Positions 32,015-41,347 of a stretch of 64,000 bases of DNA are shown piece by piece (position 1 is the first letter of the stretch; the number at the start of each line of letters is the position of its first letter). Location: positions 1,344,001 to 1,408,000 of the forward strand of contig CBDASK010000003.1 of assembly GCA_965199495.1 (NCBI GenBank), written 5' to 3'. Below the pieces are notes generated by a model. It was not told the DNA's origin and ran no database searches. It saw only the letters and a program-made list of their open reading frames with translations. The DNA is from Abditibacterium sp. (lineage in GTDB: Bacteria > Armatimonadota > Abditibacteriia > Abditibacteriales > Abditibacteriaceae). The position numbers and the translations under genes are program-made.

Positions 32015-32392
32015 GTGAAAGAACTGAAAATTGAACATGCGACCACGTCTGTCGGCTCCAAAGACATCCATATCTTGCGACTCGAAGGTTATGTCGACGC
32101 TCACACCTTCGCCGAATTTGAAGAAGAGCTAACGCGCCTGACCGACCGCGAGCAGCAATACAATTTGCTGCTCGATCTGGAAAAGTTGACCTACATCAAC
32201 TCGACCGGTTTGGGTTTGCTGATGGCGACTTTTCGTCAGGTGCGCCAGCACGGCGGCGATTTGGTCATCGCCAAGATGAGCGACAAAATCACCAACATTT
32301 TCAATTTGTTGGGCTTTTCTCGCCTGATTCACACTTATCCGGGCGAAGAAGAGGCATTGGCCAAATTCCAGCCCACCGACGCGCCCGTTTAA
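32015..32392 (+). CDS. STAS-domain anti-sigma factor antagonist (RsbV/SpoIIAA-like)
   Basis: LEGYVDAHT and DLEKLTYINSTGLGLL. GGAGG upstream of the GTG start. Confidence 0.9.
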   Translation: MKELKIEHATTSVGSKDIHILRLEGYVDAHTFAEFEEELTRLTDREQQYNLLLDLEKLTYINSTGLGLLMATFRQVRQHGGDLVIAKMSDKITNIFNLLGFSRLIHTYPGEEEALAKFQPTDAPV

Positions 32393-32565
32393 GGCACACG
32401 CTGAAAATTTTTCATCGCAGGGCCGGACGCGCGCCCCAAGTGCGCTGACACTGGCTTATTCATCGCTCTTTTCATCGCAAATTTAAGAGAGGTCATGTCA
32501 ATTGGAGTCGGGTAAAATTAACTCTGACTTCAGTTCATTGTTTTATTTGTGAAAGCGACAAGCAT

Positions 32566-33075
32566 TTGTTGTTTTCCCCAATCTTTACTCCTGTGCCCGC
32601 CCCCTCGCCTTCTTCCAACGGCACCCCTCCACACGATTCTTCGCAAGCGTCGTGGCACCAAGAGGTGCGCGCCCACGGCTCGCCCTCGGCGCTCCCGCAA
32701 ATTCGCCACGCCGTCGTCAAGGCCGCGCAAGAGAGCGGTTTCGGCGAGGAAGATGTCGCCAAAATCGAGATGGCCGTCGGCGAAGCCTGCACTAATATTA
32801 TCGAACACGCCTACACCACGCAACCGCTCAAAATGGAAATCGTGGTGATTCTGGCGCGTTTCGAGAACCGGTTGGAAGTCACGATTCAAGATTATTCGAG
32901 CATCAACTTCGCCGCCAACGAAGTCGAAACCGTGGGTGAAATCGAAGAGTGGATCGCGGCAGACAAGCGCCGTGGCCTGGGCATTTTCATCATTCAATCG
33001 TTCGTGGATAAAGTCGAACATCGCTTTGTGTGCGGTCAGGGCAACGAACTGATTTTGATCAAATACTTCGCTTGA
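32566..33075 (+). CDS. Anti-sigma factor Ser/Thr kinase (RsbW/SpoIIAB-like)
   Basis: MAVGEACTNIIEHAY and RRGLGIFIIQSFVD. Start codon uncertain. Confidence 0.85.
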   Translation: MLFSPIFTPVPAPSPSSNGTPPHDSSQASWHQEVRAHGSPSALPQIRHAVVKAAQESGFGEEDVAKIEMAVGEACTNIIEHAYTTQPLKMEIVVILARFENRLEVTIQDYSSINFAANEVETVGEIEEWIAADKRRGLGIFIIQSFVDKVEHRFVCGQGNELILIKYFA

Positions 33076-33085
33076 AATGGGACAA

Positions 33086-33260
33086 GAGTTAGGATATGGC
33101 TCGCTTCCATTGTCATTCTGAGCGGAGAGAGGAACGAACGGAGTCGAAGAATCCAGAGGTTGCATCTCAGCTTCGTTTTTACGATGCAGCAAGATCATGG
33201 ATTCTTCGACTCCGTTCGTTCCTCTCTCCGCTCAGAATGACAATGGAAGCATCCTAATTC
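33086..33260. repeat. Nested palindromic element A2: perfect 53-bp arms
   Basis: 33103-33155 is the exact reverse complement of 33198-33250 (GTCATTCTGAGC...GAAGAATC family). Outer GAGTTAGGAT / ATCCTAATTC. Confidence 0.88.
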
Positions 33261-33292
33261 TCTCTATCCTTCGTCGCTTAGAAACGCTTCAC

Positions 33293-33342
33293 CCCGCGAA
33301 CTGCGTTAAACTTGTGTGTCCCGCAGTTCGCGGGCTTTTTTG
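33293..33342 (+). terminator. Intrinsic terminator upstream of ilvB (possible attenuator)
   Basis: CCCGCGAACTGCG...CGCAGTTCGCGGG followed by CTTTTTT. Confidence 0.7.
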
Positions 33343-33418
33343 TGCCAAAAATTTGGGCATTTGCCCAATTTTTGGTTGAACAGATAACTCGCAGCGTATT
33401 CGCTGAAAACACACAATT

Positions 33419-35275
33419 ATGGACGGAGCAGAAATTCTCTTGGAAAGCATGAAACGCGAAGGCGTTGATACCTTATTTGGTATTAGCGGCGGCGCGATTC
33501 TGCCGATTTACGACGCGTTGGGCAAACAGCAGGACATTTGGAGCATCCTCACGCGCCACGAACAGGGCGCCGGGCACATGGCCGAAGGCTACGCGCGAGC
33601 CACCGGGCGCGTTGGCACCTGCATCGGCACGTCGGGGCCGGGCGCGACCAACCTCGTCACCGCCATCACCGACGCCTACATGGACTCGACGCCGACGGTT
33701 TTCCTGAGCGGTCAAGTCGCGTCCGCCAACATCGGCAAAGACGCGTTTCAAGAGTGCGATACCTTCGGCATCACGATGCCGATTGTCAAACATTCCTATT
33801 TGCTCAAGCGCGTCGAGGACATTCCGCGCGTGGTCAAAGAGGCGTATCACATCGCGCGCACGGGTCGGCCCGGCCCGGTTTTGATTGATATTCCCAAAGA
33901 TATTTCCGAGGGCCAGTTTCCCGGCGTTTTTGAATATCCCGAAAGCGTGACTTTGCGCGGTTATCATCCCGAAACGCCCGGTGCGCCCGAACAGATCAAA
34001 GCCGCCGTGGCTCTCATCGCGCAAGCCAAACAGCCGGTGATTTACGCGGGCAATGGCGTTAATTCGTCTAACGCCGCCGACGAATTATTGGCGTTCGCCG
34101 AGAAGATTAATTGTCCGGTTACGACCACGCTTTTGGGACGCGGTGCGTTTCCCGGTGGCCACGTTTTGGCGCTCGATATGTTGGGCATGCACGGCACGGC
34201 CTACGCCAACTGGGCGGTTCACGAAAGCGATTTGATTATCGCGTTGGGAGCGCGTTTCGATGACCGCGTGACTGGCAATCCGAAGATGTTCGCGCCCAAC
34301 GCCAAAGTGATTCACGTTGATATTGACCAGGCCGAACTGGGCAAAATCCGCTTCGCGCAGGTGCCGATCTGGGGCGATGTCAAAACCGTTATTAAGCAGT
34401 TGACCGACGCCGTGGCTGCTAAACCTCGCTCGCCGTGGAACGATACGGTCGAGGAATGGAAAGAAAAAGCGCCGCTGATTTACGAAAATACCGGCAGCAA
34501 ACTCAAGCCGCAGTTCGTATTGGAAGAACTCGCCAAAGCCACCAAAGGCGAGGCGATTATGACGACCGATGTCGGCCAGCATCAGATGTGGGCGGCGCAG
34601 TATTACAACCCGAAAAATACGCGCAGCTTCATCACATCTGGCGGTCTGGGCACGATGGGCTACGGTTATCCCGCCGCGATTGGCGCCAAAGTCGGCTGTA
34701 TTATGGGACATAGAAATCCCGATACCGAAGTTTGGTGCATCACGGGCGACGGCTCGTTCCAGATGAACATTCAGGAGCTGGCGACCGGCGTTTTGTATGA
34801 TATTCCGGTTAAAATCGCGGTTTTGAACAACTCGGCGCTGGGCATGGTGCGCCAGTGGCAGAAGCTGTTTTACTCCAAGCGTTGGAGCGGCATTGACTTG
34901 TCGAAGTGTCCCGATTTCGAGAAAATCGCGCAGGCGTATTCGACGACCGGCATGACGATCACCGAACCCGATGAAGTGGCCGATGCGATTCGCGAGGCGC
35001 AGAAAAATCCCGGCACCGTCGTAATGAACTTCATGACCGACACCGAAGAAGACGTTTACCCGATGATTCCCGGCGGCAAAACCGTTCACGAAATGCGGCT
35101 CAACGGCAGTGGCAAATCGGTTCCCGTCGGCGGCTGGTCAATCGAAGATGCGCCGACGGCTTTGGAAAGCACGACCAACGGACACGCGCCCGAAAAAGCC
35201 GTCGAAACCGCCGAAGCAGGCGACTACGCGAGCGAATGGAACGACGATTTGAAATCGGGACAGATTAAAATATAG
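33419..35275 (+). CDS. ilvB: Acetolactate synthase large subunit
   Basis: RHEQGAGHMAEGYAR, TSGPGATN, DVGQHQMW, GDGSFQMN and GMVRQWQ. Confidence 0.96.
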   Translation: MDGAEILLESMKREGVDTLFGISGGAILPIYDALGKQQDIWSILTRHEQGAGHMAEGYARATGRVGTCIGTSGPGATNLVTAITDAYMDSTPTVFLSGQVASANIGKDAFQECDTFGITMPIVKHSYLLKRVEDIPRVVKEAYHIARTGRPGPVLIDIPKDISEGQFPGVFEYPESVTLRGYHPETPGAPEQIKAAVALIAQAKQPVIYAGNGVNSSNAADELLAFAEKINCPVTTTLLGRGAFPGGHVLALDMLGMHGTAYANWAVHESDLIIALGARFDDRVTGNPKMFAPNAKVIHVDIDQAELGKIRFAQVPIWGDVKTVIKQLTDAVAAKPRSPWNDTVEEWKEKAPLIYENTGSKLKPQFVLEELAKATKGEAIMTTDVGQHQMWAAQYYNPKNTRSFITSGGLGTMGYGYPAAIGAKVGCIMGHRNPDTEVWCITGDGSFQMNIQELATGVLYDIPVKIAVLNNSALGMVRQWQKLFYSKRWSGIDLSKCPDFEKIAQAYSTTGMTITEPDEVADAIREAQKNPGTVVMNFMTDTEEDVYPMIPGGKTVHEMRLNGSGKSVPVGGWSIEDAPTALESTTNGHAPEKAVETAEAGDYASEWNDDLKSGQIKI

Positions 35276-35366
35276 GAGACAGGAGACGAGGGAGACAGGA
35301 AACAGAATGGCGAAGTATCAAACCAACTTCATGCTGTCTCCCTCGTCTCCTGTTTGCTGTCTCCTG
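35273..35366. repeat. Inverted element made of ~7-nt GGAGACA units
   Basis: TAGGAGACAGGAGACGAGGGAGACAG ... CTGTCTCCCTCGTCTCCTGTTTGCTGTCTCCT. Confidence 0.75.
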
Positions 35367-35372
35367 ATAAAA

Positions 35373-35978
35373 ATGAACAACGGAACGATAAATTCAAATG
35401 TGCCCGCGCAAGACGAAGACGTGATTGTGCAAAACGGCGTGCCGACGATTATTTCGGCGGCGGGCGTCAACGTAATGAGCGGCGACGAAACGCTCCACAC
35501 CATCTCGATTTTGGTCGAGAACCGGCCCGGCGTCTTGGCGCGCGTGTCGCACGTTTTCGCGCGGCGTGGCTTCAACCTCGAATCCCTTGCGGTCTCGCGC
35601 ACCGAAGACCACACGGTTTCGCGCATTACTGTCGTCGTCGCGGGCGATGACGAACAATTTAAACAAATTGGCAATCAATTATTCAAATTGATTGACGTGA
35701 TTAAAGTCATTGACCACACGCGCGACGATTTGGTCGGACGCGAACTGGCGCTAATTAAGATCAAGGTCGCCGATGCAGCCACGCGCGCCGAGGTTTTGCA
35801 AATCGCTGAGATTTATCAGGCTAAAGTCGTCGCCTCCGATCTCGAAACGATGATGCTGGAAGTCACCGGTAAATCGAGCAAAGTGGATGCGCTGCAAAAT
35901 ATGCTGAGCAATCACGAAATTCTCGAATTGGTGCGCACCGGTTTAATTGTGTTGAAACGCGGCGCAAAGCAGACTTGA
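35373..35978 (+). CDS. ilvN: Acetolactate synthase small subunit
   Basis: HTISILVENRPGVLARV...RRGFNLESL ACT domain, RELALIK and ELVRTG. Confidence 0.95.
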   Translation: MNNGTINSNVPAQDEDVIVQNGVPTIISAAGVNVMSGDETLHTISILVENRPGVLARVSHVFARRGFNLESLAVSRTEDHTVSRITVVVAGDDEQFKQIGNQLFKLIDVIKVIDHTRDDLVGRELALIKIKVADAATRAEVLQIAEIYQAKVVASDLETMMLEVTGKSSKVDALQNMLSNHEILELVRTGLIVLKRGAKQT

Positions 35979-35989
35979 TTTTAAATTGG

Positions 35990-36038
35990 AATAGGACGCC
36001 AGCCGTGGGTGAACCGAAGGTTGGCGTCCTATTTTTTG
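35990..36038 (+). terminator. Intrinsic terminator
   Basis: AATAGGACGCCAGCC...GGTTGGCGTCCTATT followed by TTTT. Confidence 0.8.
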
Positions 36039-36040
36039 TT

Positions 36041-36862
36041 ATGTCCTCCGTTCTCGAATTCAAAGATGCGACAATTAAGTTCGGCGGCCTGACCGCCGTG
36101 GCTCCTCTGTCGTTCGCCATCCCGCAAGGGCAACTGGCGGCGATTATCGGGCCAAATGGCGCGGGCAAAACCACGGTTTTCAACCTCATTACCGGCGTTT
36201 ACGCGCCGACGGGCGGCGAAATCTGGGTCGAAGGCCAAAAGGTTGCTTCCTCTAATCGGACGCTGAAACCGCATCAGTTGGTGCGGCGTGGCATCGCGCG
36301 CACGTTTCAAAATATTCGTTTGTTCGGTGATTTGAGCGTCGCCGATAACGTGCGCGCGGCGTTCGCTTCGCGCGCGCAATATGGTTTGACCGGCAGTTTG
36401 CTGTGTAACGGACGGATGGCGAAGCGCGAAAATTGGATTGACGAAGAGACCGAAAAACTATTGGCAACGTTTGGTTTGGAACATCGCGCCCGCAACGATG
36501 CGCGCAATTTGCCTTACGGCGATCAGCGCAAACTCGAAATCGCGCGCGCCGTCGCAACCGAGCCGAAACTGTTGTTGCTTGATGAACCCACGTCGGGCAT
36601 GAACCCGTCGGAAACCGAGGAAGTTACGCAGACGATTCGGCTGGTGCGCGAGCAGTTGGGCATCACGGTTTTGTTGATCGAGCATCACATGAGTTTGGTG
36701 ATGAGCATTTGCGAGCGCGTGATTGTGTTGGACGGCGGCGTTAAAATCGCCGATGATGTGCCGGTAAATATTCAGAATAATCCGCACGTCATCGCGGCTT
36801 ATCTGGGCCAACCCGACCCGGAAGTGGACGAAGCTATTGAACAGGGCGAAGCGGTGGTTTAG
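36041..36862 (+). CDS. livG: Branched-chain amino acid ABC transporter ATP-binding protein
   Basis: FGGLTAV, GPNGAGKTT, ARTFQNIRLF, LPYGDQRKLEIARA and VIAAYLG. Confidence 0.88.
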   Translation: MSSVLEFKDATIKFGGLTAVAPLSFAIPQGQLAAIIGPNGAGKTTVFNLITGVYAPTGGEIWVEGQKVASSNRTLKPHQLVRRGIARTFQNIRLFGDLSVADNVRAAFASRAQYGLTGSLLCNGRMAKRENWIDEETEKLLATFGLEHRARNDARNLPYGDQRKLEIARAVATEPKLLLLDEPTSGMNPSETEEVTQTIRLVREQLGITVLLIEHHMSLVMSICERVIVLDGGVKIADDVPVNIQNNPHVIAAYLGQPDPEVDEAIEQGEAVV

Positions 36863-36917
36863 CGGAATTGGCAAAAGCGGTGATAGTCTCAGTTGCGGTC
36901 TCTTACATTCTATAAAA

Positions 36918-37679
36918 ATGCACGCGGAATTTCTCGGCACGGCTGGTTATCATCCCAGCGAAACCCGTCATACGACGGGGATTTTCGTGCCTGGTGCGGC
37001 ATCGGACGACGCGTTTTTGTTGGATGGCGGTAGCGGAACTTTTCGCCTGAACAATCGCACTTTGCCCGCGCGCCTGCACGTCTTCCTGACGCACGCGCAC
37101 CTCGATCACACGGTGGGCTTGAACTTTCTTTACGACGTGGTTTATATGCAACGCCAGATGCAGGAGCGCGACGTGGAAATCCTATTTCACGGCGACGCCA
37201 AAACGCGCGATGCGGTTTGCGGCAACTTGTTCAATCCGCTAATTTTTCCGCTTTCATTCCAATGGCAGTGGCACGAAATCGAGGCCGCCCAACCGTTTGA
37301 AGTCGCGGGCGTGCGCATCAACACAGCGTTGCTAACCCATCCCGGCGGCAGTTTGGGCTACCGTTTCGATTGGGGCACGAAAGCGCTCGGTTTCATCACC
37401 GATACCGGCGGCGACGAGAATTATTTTTCGCTGATCGAAGGCGTTGATTTACTCATTCACGAGCGCAATTTTCCCGATGAATATGCGGAACTGGCGTGCG
37501 CGTCGGGCCATTGCACTTCCAGAGATTTAATCATCGCCGGACGCGCATCGGGCGCGAGCCAAATCGCGGCGATGCATTTCAATCCATTGACCGTTGGCGA
37601 CCCTTTGGAAGAAGACGACGTTTACGCGCAGTTGCCCAACATCGTGGCGGCGAGCGACGGTTTGCAGCTCGAATTTTAG
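36918..37679 (+). CDS. MBL-fold metallohydrolase (RNase Z / phosphodiesterase-like)
   Basis: THAHLDH, HPGGSLGY, TDT, GH and MH motifs. Confidence 0.88.
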   Translation: MHAEFLGTAGYHPSETRHTTGIFVPGAASDDAFLLDGGSGTFRLNNRTLPARLHVFLTHAHLDHTVGLNFLYDVVYMQRQMQERDVEILFHGDAKTRDAVCGNLFNPLIFPLSFQWQWHEIEAAQPFEVAGVRINTALLTHPGGSLGYRFDWGTKALGFITDTGGDENYFSLIEGVDLLIHERNFPDEYAELACASGHCTSRDLIIAGRASGASQIAAMHFNPLTVGDPLEEDDVYAQLPNIVAASDGLQLEF

Positions 37680-38027
37680 CCACAAAGGGGCACAAAGAAG
37701 TAGGAGTTACACAGTTGGCCGGGCTTGTCATTCTGAGCGTGGGCGCCCTCTGGGCAGAAGGCACGAACGAAGTCGAAGAATCCAAAGGTCGCGCGTTGAC
37801 TTCGCTTTGGTCTCGTCCAGAGTCGTGGATTCTTCGACTTCGTTCGTGCCTTCTGCCCAGAGGGCGCCCACGCTCAGAATGACAAGCCCGGCCAACTGTG
37901 TAACTCCCAAGAGGATCGAAGAAACTAATTTGTAAAAGCAAAATTATGAAAATAGTGCTTCTACTTGTCAGCTTCTCCTCCCTTTCTTTGTGCCCCTTGG
38001 TGTGTTCTTGGTGCCCCTTTGTGGCTA
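37677..38027. repeat. Outer inverted element (TAGCCACAAAGGGGCAC... / ...GTGCCCCTTTGTGGCTA) hosting element A3
   Basis: 17-bp perfect terminal match plus ~9-nt CACAAAG(G/A) subrepeats at both ends. Confidence 0.75.
37701..37909. mobile_element. MITE/REPIN A3: perfect 82-bp arms with TAGGAGTTACACAGTT termini
   Basis: 37703-37784 is the exact reverse complement of 37826-37907. Flanks AGAAG / AGAGG (4/5 direct repeat). Confidence 0.85.
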
Positions 38028-38040
38028 ACTCCATTCCCAG

Positions 38041-38817
<777 letters not shown>

Positions 38818-38833
38818 ATTCCGATTTAGGATA

Positions 38834-38853
38834 AAATTAGTTATGTCTAATTT
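38834..38853. promoter_or_regulatory. Probable DtxR/MntR-family operator (autoregulation)
   Basis: Palindrome AAATTAG-TTATGT-CTAATTT ending 12 bp before the ATG of the DtxR-family gene. Confidence 0.6.
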
Positions 38854-38865
38854 AGGGTAATCGTC

Positions 38866-39549
38866 ATGGAAAAAACGCTCAGTGCCGCGACCGAAGATTA
38901 TTTGAAAACCATTTTGCATCTGCGCGAAGAGGCGCCTTTGGGCGCGCCATTGGAAGCGATTACCACACAGGCCATTGCCAGTCGCCTCGCCGTGGCTGCA
39001 CCATCAGCCACGGCGATGATCAAGAAATTGGCGACGCTCGGTTTGGTGCGTCACACGCCTTATCATGGAGTCGAACTGACAGGCAAAGGTGAAAAAGTCG
39101 CGCTCGAAGTGACGAGGCACCATCGTTTGAGCGAGAGTTTTCTAACCGAAATTTTGGGTTTGGACTGGGACAAGGCGCACATCGAAGCCGAAAAGTGGGA
39201 GCACATTTTGAGCGAGGAAGTCGAGGCGCGCATGGCGGCGATGCTGGGCAATCCCACGCACGATCCGCACGGCTCGCCGATTCCCACGCTCGATGGCAAA
39301 ATGGCGCGCGAAGGCGGCGAACCGTTGGCGCGCCTATCCGAAGGCGCCCACGTTATCGTGCGCCGCGTGAGCGACGAGGACGCGGCGGTTTTGCGTTATT
39401 TGCACAGCGTCGGTTTGGTTCCGGGCGCCCGCGTCGAAATCGTGCGCGCCGTGCCCGCCGAAGGCGTGCTGCAAATTCGCGTCGGCGACGCGGAATATAC
39501 CGTTGGAATCGCACCTGCGATGGCGGTTGTTGTGGAGCAGTTGGATTAG
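38866..39549 (+). CDS. DtxR/MntR-family metal-dependent repressor with FeoA domain
   Basis: EDYLKTI, RHHRLSESFL, EAEKWEH and HDPHGSPIP. Confidence 0.92.
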   Translation: MEKTLSAATEDYLKTILHLREEAPLGAPLEAITTQAIASRLAVAAPSATAMIKKLATLGLVRHTPYHGVELTGKGEKVALEVTRHHRLSESFLTEILGLDWDKAHIEAEKWEHILSEEVEARMAAMLGNPTHDPHGSPIPTLDGKMAREGGEPLARLSEGAHVIVRRVSDEDAAVLRYLHSVGLVPGARVEIVRAVPAEGVLQIRVGDAEYTVGIAPAMAVVVEQLD

Positions 39550-39572
39550 AAAGGCGTGGCTTTCTTCAACAT

Positions 39573-40193
39573 CTATCGTTGCTTACCTTCAATCGCTTCC
39601 AAAAGCATCGCCAGCGCCAGCACCAAACGGCGGTCATAAGCTGGATTGGGTTGATTGAAAGTGATTTCCATGCGCGACGAAAACGGGTTGCGTCCCTGCT
39701 GAAACGTCGCGATTTGCTGGCCGCCAACGGTAATATCATAACGTTGCGGCATGAGCATACTGGCGTGTTCCACAAAGCGTCGGATGATGCCAAAGAGCGC
39801 GCTGTCTTCTTGACACAGCCCGATTTCGGCGTCGTTCCAATCCATAATCGTCCAGGTGTCCTGCATGAAACTCGATTTCATGCCCTGACGCTTGAAGGCG
39901 CCCAACTTTTGGTTGGTCGCCGAATCGTAGACATCATAAGCCGCGCTGAAATCCAAAATCGAGCGCGCGCTGACGCGCAACAGTTCCTGCGATTTATTCT
40001 CGTCCGAGTAAATCCGAAAATCTTCTTTGAGCTTGAAGGCTTTCTGCGAGGCCCATAACACCAAATTTTCCTGCGGATCGTAGAGATAAAAAGTGCCGCC
40101 AAACGCTTGCAAGAATTTTTTGGTGATGACGTATTTTTGATGATTGAAACGCGGGTCTTTGGCGCCTTGGTTGGAAGCGAGGGGATTTTGCAT
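39573..40193 (-). CDS. LURP-one/scramblase-like (tubby C-terminal fold) protein
   Basis: QKAFKLKEDFRIY, ARSILDFSAAYDV and DRRLVLALAMLL. Confidence 0.65.
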   Translation of the reverse strand: MQNPLASNQGAKDPRFNHQKYVITKKFLQAFGGTFYLYDPQENLVLWASQKAFKLKEDFRIYSDENKSQELLRVSARSILDFSAAYDVYDSATNQKLGAFKRQGMKSSFMQDTWTIMDWNDAEIGLCQEDSALFGIIRRFVEHASMLMPQRYDITVGGQQIATFQQGRNPFSSRMEITFNQPNPAYDRRLVLALAMLLEAIEGKQR

Positions 40194-40294
40194 CGTTAGT
40201 ATTTTGACAGAGTTTCCGATTTCACGCAGAGAACAAAAACGGAGCGCACGAAGTTAATTTGCCATCCCGCGCGATTCACGGTGAACTACCGTGC

Positions 40295-41347
40295 GTGACT
40301 CCCATTCGTTTCGCCATCGTCGGGGCGGGCAACATCGCCAATTTCCACGCACAAGCCATTCATTCCGTTGAGGACGCCGAACTCGTCGCCGTTCATTCGC
40401 GCCGCGCCGCGCCGGGCGAGGAATTCGCCCGTAAATATAACGCCGAATTCATCGGCGACTACAATACCCTGCTCGCGCGCGCCGACATTGACGCGATTTG
40501 CATCACGACGCCATCGGGCACGCACACCGAGTTGGGCGTGGCTGCTGCGCGCGCGGGCAAACACGTTTTGACCGAAAAACCGCTCGATATTACGCCGCAA
40601 CGCATTGATGAACTGGTCAAAGTTTGCGCCGAAAACAATGTTCAACTGGGCGGCATTTTTCAGGCACGCTTTGGCAAAGGCGCCCAAGCGCTCAAAGCAG
40701 CCACGGCGGCTGGACGATTCGGCAATTTGGCGTGGGCTTCAGCGTATGTGCCGTGGTATCGCAGCGAAGAATATTACCAATCGGCGGGCTGGCGCGGCAC
40801 TTGGGATTTGGATGGCGGCGGCGCCTTGATGAACCAATCCATTCACGCGATTGATTTATTGTTGTGGCTGGCGGGCGACTGGGACGAAGTTTCGGCGCGT
40901 TGTTCCAACGCGCTACACACCGAATTGGAAGTCGAGGACACCGCGATGGCGTGGATTAAATTCAAAAGTGGCGCGACCGGCGTCATTCAAGGTTCGACGG
41001 CGTGTTATCCCGGTGAACTCAAGCGCGTCGAACTCAAAGGCTCAACCGGCAGCGCGACTTTGGTAGACGATATGCCGACGTTGTGGGAATTTAAAAACGC
41101 GCAACCGGGCGACGACGAAGTGCGCGATTGGGCAAATCAAGCGCAAATCGGCGGCGGTGCCGCCGATCCAATGGCGATTTCAATCGAAGGCCACCGCGCG
41201 CAAATCGAAGATTTCGCCAACGCGATTCGGGAAAATCGCGAACCAGCGATTCCGGGCCGCGACGGGCGCAAAGCCGTCGAGTTGATTTGCGCGATTTATC
41301 AGTCGAGCCGGGAAAACGCGATTGTGCGGAGAGGAGAAACCCGATGA
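40295..41347 (+). CDS. Gfo/Idh/MocA oxidoreductase
   Basis: AIVGAGNIA, HVLTEKP and GGGALMNQSIHAID. Confidence 0.92.
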   Translation: MTPIRFAIVGAGNIANFHAQAIHSVEDAELVAVHSRRAAPGEEFARKYNAEFIGDYNTLLARADIDAICITTPSGTHTELGVAAARAGKHVLTEKPLDITPQRIDELVKVCAENNVQLGGIFQARFGKGAQALKAATAAGRFGNLAWASAYVPWYRSEEYYQSAGWRGTWDLDGGGALMNQSIHAIDLLLWLAGDWDEVSARCSNALHTELEVEDTAMAWIKFKSGATGVIQGSTACYPGELKRVELKGSTGSATLVDDMPTLWEFKNAQPGDDEVRDWANQAQIGGGAADPMAISIEGHRAQIEDFANAIRENREPAIPGRDGRKAVELICAIYQSSRENAIVRRGETR

